This document shows positions 14,826 through 19,823 of a stretch of 19,823 nt of DNA, piece after piece (position 1 is the stretch's first letter; each line of letters opens with the position of its first letter). The DNA comes from Candidatus Eiseniibacteriota bacterium (GTDB taxonomy: Bacteria; Eisenbacteria; RBG-16-71-46), in the NCBI GenBank assembly GCA_031370785.1, contig JANMQY010000044.1:1-19823 (forward strand). The letters run 5' to 3'. The translations under genes and the position numbers were made by a program. A model generated the notes under the pieces. The model worked only from the letters and a program-made list of their open reading frames with translations. It was not told the origin of the DNA and did not search any database.

Positions 14826-14898
14826 CGCCAAATTCGTTCCCGATAACTGCCTGATTTTCCATGCTGTTGGGGCCTTCGGGCCCGGCGGTGGAGCGTTC

Positions 14899-15936
14899 AT
14901 GCGTCTGGGCATTCTTACGGGCGGTGGCGACTGTCCGGGTCTCAATGCGGTGATCCGTGCGGCGGTTGCGCGGTGCGTGCGCACGCATGGCGGGCTGATG
15001 CTCGGATTCGAGGACGGGTGGCGCGGCCTGCTCGAGAATCGCGTGCGCGACCTGACCCTGAATGCGGTGGCCGGAATCCTGCCGCGCGGCGGCACCATGC
15101 TCGGGACTTCGCGGCTGGACCCGTTCCGCGAGCCGGCCGGCATCGAGACCCTGCGAGCCGGATTCGCCGCCCATCGGCTGAATGGGCTGCTGGTGTGCGG
15201 CGGCGACGGGACGCTGGCTGCCGCCTCGCGCCTCTCGGACGCCGGCCTGCCGGTGATCGGGATCCCCAAGACCATCGATAACGACGTGCGCGGCACCGAC
15301 TACTCCTTCGGCTTCGATACCGCGCTCACTACGGTGGTACGCGCAGTAGATGCGCTCCACAGCACGGCCGAGTCGCACGACCGGGTGATCGTGGTCGAGG
15401 TGATGGGCCGCTCGACCGGGTGGCTGGCGGTGTGCGCCGGGATCGCGGGCGGCGCCGATGTGGTGGTCGCGCCTGAACAGCCGGTCAGTGTGGCCGAGGT
15501 GTGCGAGATCATCCGCAGGCGCATGGCGCGTGGCCGCGACTTCAGCATCGTGGTGGTGGCTGAGGGCGCGGAATTCAAGCCCGAGCCCGATGGGCGCCGC
15601 ATCGAATGCCCGGTGCGGCTCGATCCGGTCGGACGGCGCCGCTACGGCGGGGTTGGCGAGACCCTCGCGCTCGAGCTCGAGGCGCAGCTCGGGATCGAGA
15701 CCCGCAATGTCGCGCTCGGCTACGTCCAGCGCGGGGGCACGCCGACCGCCTTCGATCGCCTGCTCGGATCGCGCATGGGCGTGGCGGCGGTCGACCTCGC
15801 GGCGCGCGGCGCCTTCGGGCGCATGGTGAGCCTGCACGGGGGCCGCATCGATTCGGTCGAGCTTGCGGTGGTGCGTGAGGGCCCGCGCACGGTGGATCAC
15901 GAGCTCTACGAAGTTGCGCGGGTCTTCTTCGGCTAA
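14899..15936 (+). CDS. pfkA: 6-phosphofructokinase (PfkA family)
   Basis: GILTGGGDCPGLNAVIR, GGTMLGTSR, GGDGT, PKTIDND, TAESHDRVIVVEVMGR, VVAEG, QRGGTPTAFDR. Confidence 0.95.
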   Translation: MRLGILTGGGDCPGLNAVIRAAVARCVRTHGGLMLGFEDGWRGLLENRVRDLTLNAVAGILPRGGTMLGTSRLDPFREPAGIETLRAGFAAHRLNGLLVCGGDGTLAAASRLSDAGLPVIGIPKTIDNDVRGTDYSFGFDTALTTVVRAVDALHSTAESHDRVIVVEVMGRSTGWLAVCAGIAGGADVVVAPEQPVSVAEVCEIIRRRMARGRDFSIVVVAEGAEFKPEPDGRRIECPVRLDPVGRRRYGGVGETLALELEAQLGIETRNVALGYVQRGGTPTAFDRLLGSRMGVAAVDLAARGAFGRMVSLHGGRIDSVELAVVREGPRTVDHELYEVARVFFG

Positions 15937-15990
15937 AGGCCGGAGCCGAACGGGTCATTCATTCTCCGGGAGACCGGGAAAGAGGGCGAC

Positions 15991-16989
<999 letters not shown>

Positions 16990-16998
16990 GAGGCGGAC

Positions 16999-18203
<1,205 letters not shown>

Positions 18204-18207
<4 letters not shown>

Positions 18208-18968
18208 GCGTTTGGCCGCGCCGGCCGCGACTCGTGGTCGGCAACTGGAAGATGCACAGGACGCCATCGGAAGGCGCGGCCCTTGCCGGCGAGCTGGTCG
18301 CGCTGATGGCGGCGCCGCACGCCGCGGCGGTGGTGGTATGCCCCGCGTTTCCGGCGCTGAGCGCGGTCGCTCGCGCGCTGGCCGGTAGCACGGTCCGGCT
18401 CGGCGCGCAGAACCTTCATCCCGAACCGCAGGGCGCGTTCACCGGCGAAGTGTCGGGCCCGATGCTGCGTGAAGTGGGATGCCGCTTCGTGATCGTCGGT
18501 CACTCCGAGCGCCGCCATGGGATGGGCGAAGATGACGCGACCGTCGCGAGGAAACTGCGCGCGGCGCGGCGCGACGGACTGACGCCGATCGTGTGCGTCG
18601 GCGAAACGCTGAAGGAGCGCGAGTCAGGAGCCACTGCAGAGGTGCTGGTGCGCCAGGTGAGCGCCGCCTATGACGGGCTCGACGCCGCCGAAGCGGCGAG
18701 CACGGTGATCGCGTACGAGCCGGTGTGGGCGATCGGCACCGGGCGCGTGGCCACCGTCGAGCAGGCCGAGGAGGCGCACCGCATCGTGCGCGCGACGCTC
18801 GACCGCGTGGCGGGCGCGACGGTGGCCGTGCTCTATGGCGGGAGCGTCAACGCGGCCAACGCACCGGCGCTGTTCGCATGCGCCGACATCGACGGCGCGC
18901 TGGTCGGCGGCGCCTCGCTCGAAGCGGCGTCGTTCTGGCGCATCATCGCCGCGGCCGGTTCGCCCTGA
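18204..18968 (+). CDS. tpiA: Triosephosphate isomerase
   Basis: GNWKM, GAFTGEVS, GHSERR, AYEPVWAIGTG, LYGGSV, LVGGASL. ATGA overlap with pgk. Confidence 0.97.
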
Positions 18969-18987
18969 GTCGCGGCGGCGCCGGAGT

Positions 18988-19017
18988 TTGACGGGGCAAT
19001 GGCCCGGCTGGTAACGT
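18988..19017 (+). promoter_or_regulatory. Candidate sigma70 promoter for secG-tRNA-Leu
   Basis: TTGACG (18988-18993), 18 nt, TAACGT (19012-19017), with extended -10 TG at 19009-19010. Confidence 0.55.
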
Positions 19018-19069
19018 TCGCCGCCGTTTCACTGCAGGGTCGCTCAACCGATGCAACGCAGGGGAGTTC

Positions 19070-19462
19070 ATGTACGCGTTCCTGATGGTCATTCATCTGC
19101 TGGTGTGCGTCTCCCTGGTCGCCGTGGTCCTGGTCCAGTCCGGCAAGGGCGGTGGGCTGGCCGGCGGGGCTTTCGGTGGCAGCGCGCAGACCGTCTTCGG
19201 CGGGCGTGGCGCCACCGATTTCATCACGCGCGCCACCATGATTCTCGGTGTGGCGTTCTTCCTCACGTCGCTGACGCTGGCGCTGCTCTCGACCAGCACC
19301 GGACAGTCGAAGAGCCTCATGCAGGAAGCCGCGCGCAAGGCCGCCGCCGGCGCTCCCGCGACCCTGCCCAGCAACACTCCGCCTGCCGGCCGCTCGACGA
19401 CGCCGCTCGTGCCGCCTCCCGCGACCGCACCGGCCCCGGCCAAGCCGGGCGGAGGCCCGTAG
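19070..19462 (+). CDS. secG: Preprotein translocase subunit SecG
   Basis: Two TM helices flanking LVQSGKGGGLAGGAFGGSAQTVFGGRGATDFITRAT; SD GGGGAG; conserved tpiA-secG-tRNA-Leu context. Confidence 0.95.
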   Translation: MYAFLMVIHLLVCVSLVAVVLVQSGKGGGLAGGAFGGSAQTVFGGRGATDFITRATMILGVAFFLTSLTLALLSTSTGQSKSLMQEAARKAAAGAPATLPSNTPPAGRSTTPLVPPPATAPAPAKPGGGP

Positions 19463-19500
19463 AACCCAAGTTTCGGCGGCGCGCCGCGCCGTGTGAGCGT

Positions 19501-19585
19501 GCCCGGGTGGTGGAATTGGTAGACACGCACGTTTGAGGGGCGTGTGGGGAAACCCATGCGAGTTCAAATCTCGCCCCGGGCACCA
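19501..19585 (+). tRNA. tRNA-Leu (anticodon GAG)
   Basis: Acceptor stem GCCCGGG/CCCGGGC + ACCA; D-arm GTGGAATTGGTAGACAC; anticodon stem CACGT/GCGTG with loop TT-GAG-GG (19535-19537); long variable arm TGGGGAAACCCA; T-arm GCGAG-TTCAAAT-CTCGC. Confidence 0.97.
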
Positions 19586-19594
19586 TTCGAAATT

Positions 19595-19636
19595 CGAGAA
19601 GCCACGTCGGATCTCCGACGTGGCTTCTCGGTTTTC
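19595..19636. terminator. Intrinsic terminator hairpin, probably bidirectional
   Basis: Perfect 17-bp inverted repeat CGAGAAGCCACGTCGGA-TC-TCCGACGTGGCTTCTCG (19595-19630) followed by GTTTTC, located between the convergent tRNA-Leu and TlpA-like genes. Confidence 0.8.
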
Positions 19637-19660
19637 GGAACGCAATCGAAGCATCGCGCG

Positions 19661-19823
19661 CTAGAACAATTCCTTCGCGTAGGCGTCCATGGTCTCCTGA
19701 TCGATGTAGCCGACGACCCGGCGCACGATGTCCCCGCGACGATTGATGAAGAAGGTGGTCGGGATCGCGCGGATGGGTCCATAGAGATCGAGGATCTTCT
19801 CGTCGGCGAGCGCGATGCGGAAC
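19661..19823 (-). CDS. TlpA/ResA-family thiol-disulfide oxidoreductase, 3' end only (partial; not in ORF track)
   Basis: Minus-strand translation ...FRIALADEKILDLYGPIRAIPTTFFINRRGDIVRRVVGYIDQETMDAYAKELF-TAG (stop at 19663-19661). IPTTFFI..G.IV is the cis-Pro loop of TlpA-like thioredoxin folds. The CxxC lies outside the window. Confidence 0.8.
   Translation of the reverse strand, partial: FRIALADEKILDLYGPIRAIPTTFFINRRGDIVRRVVGYIDQETMDAYAKELF

Noticed and set aside
19501..19660. Genomic island or prophage integrated at tRNA-Leu
   Set aside because: No integrase and no duplicated tRNA 3' end in the window; an ordinary gene follows the terminator.

Overview
GC-rich bacterial chromosomal window, almost all + strand, with no mobile elements or CRISPR. 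The left block is housekeeping: 3' part of polA, coaE, prfB (intact programmed +1 frameshift, so the ORF track start is wrong), a phosphomannomutase/phosphoglucomutase and an MPG-type 3-methyladenine glycosylase. The right block is pfkA-gap-pgk-tpiA-secG-tRNA-Leu(GAG), a perfect hairpin terminator, and the 3' end of a convergent TlpA-like thioredoxin gene that the ORF track misses. Between them (4590-14750) is the most interesting part, a co-oriented five-gene cell-envelope locus: (1) a ~540-aa outer-membrane beta-barrel with a PorV/FadL-like N-terminal motif, (2) a TonB-dependent receptor with an N-terminal CarboxypepD_reg-like domain, (3) a ~980-aa exported protein with Asp-rich Ca-binding-like motifs, 14 Cys, an interrupted FN3-like domain and a T9SS/FlgD-Ig-like C-terminal domain, (4) a PorV/PorQ-family barrel, and (5) an exported GWxTD-domain protein with a degenerate signature. 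No SusD and no core T9SS genes are in the window. I infer an uncharacterised 'TBDR + CTD cargo + dedicated PorV' surface system. Gene content and GC suggest a diderm FCB-superphylum lineage, possibly a candidate phylum such as Ca. Eisenbacteria; this is inference only. All family assignments come from motif recognition by eye, and no searches were run.
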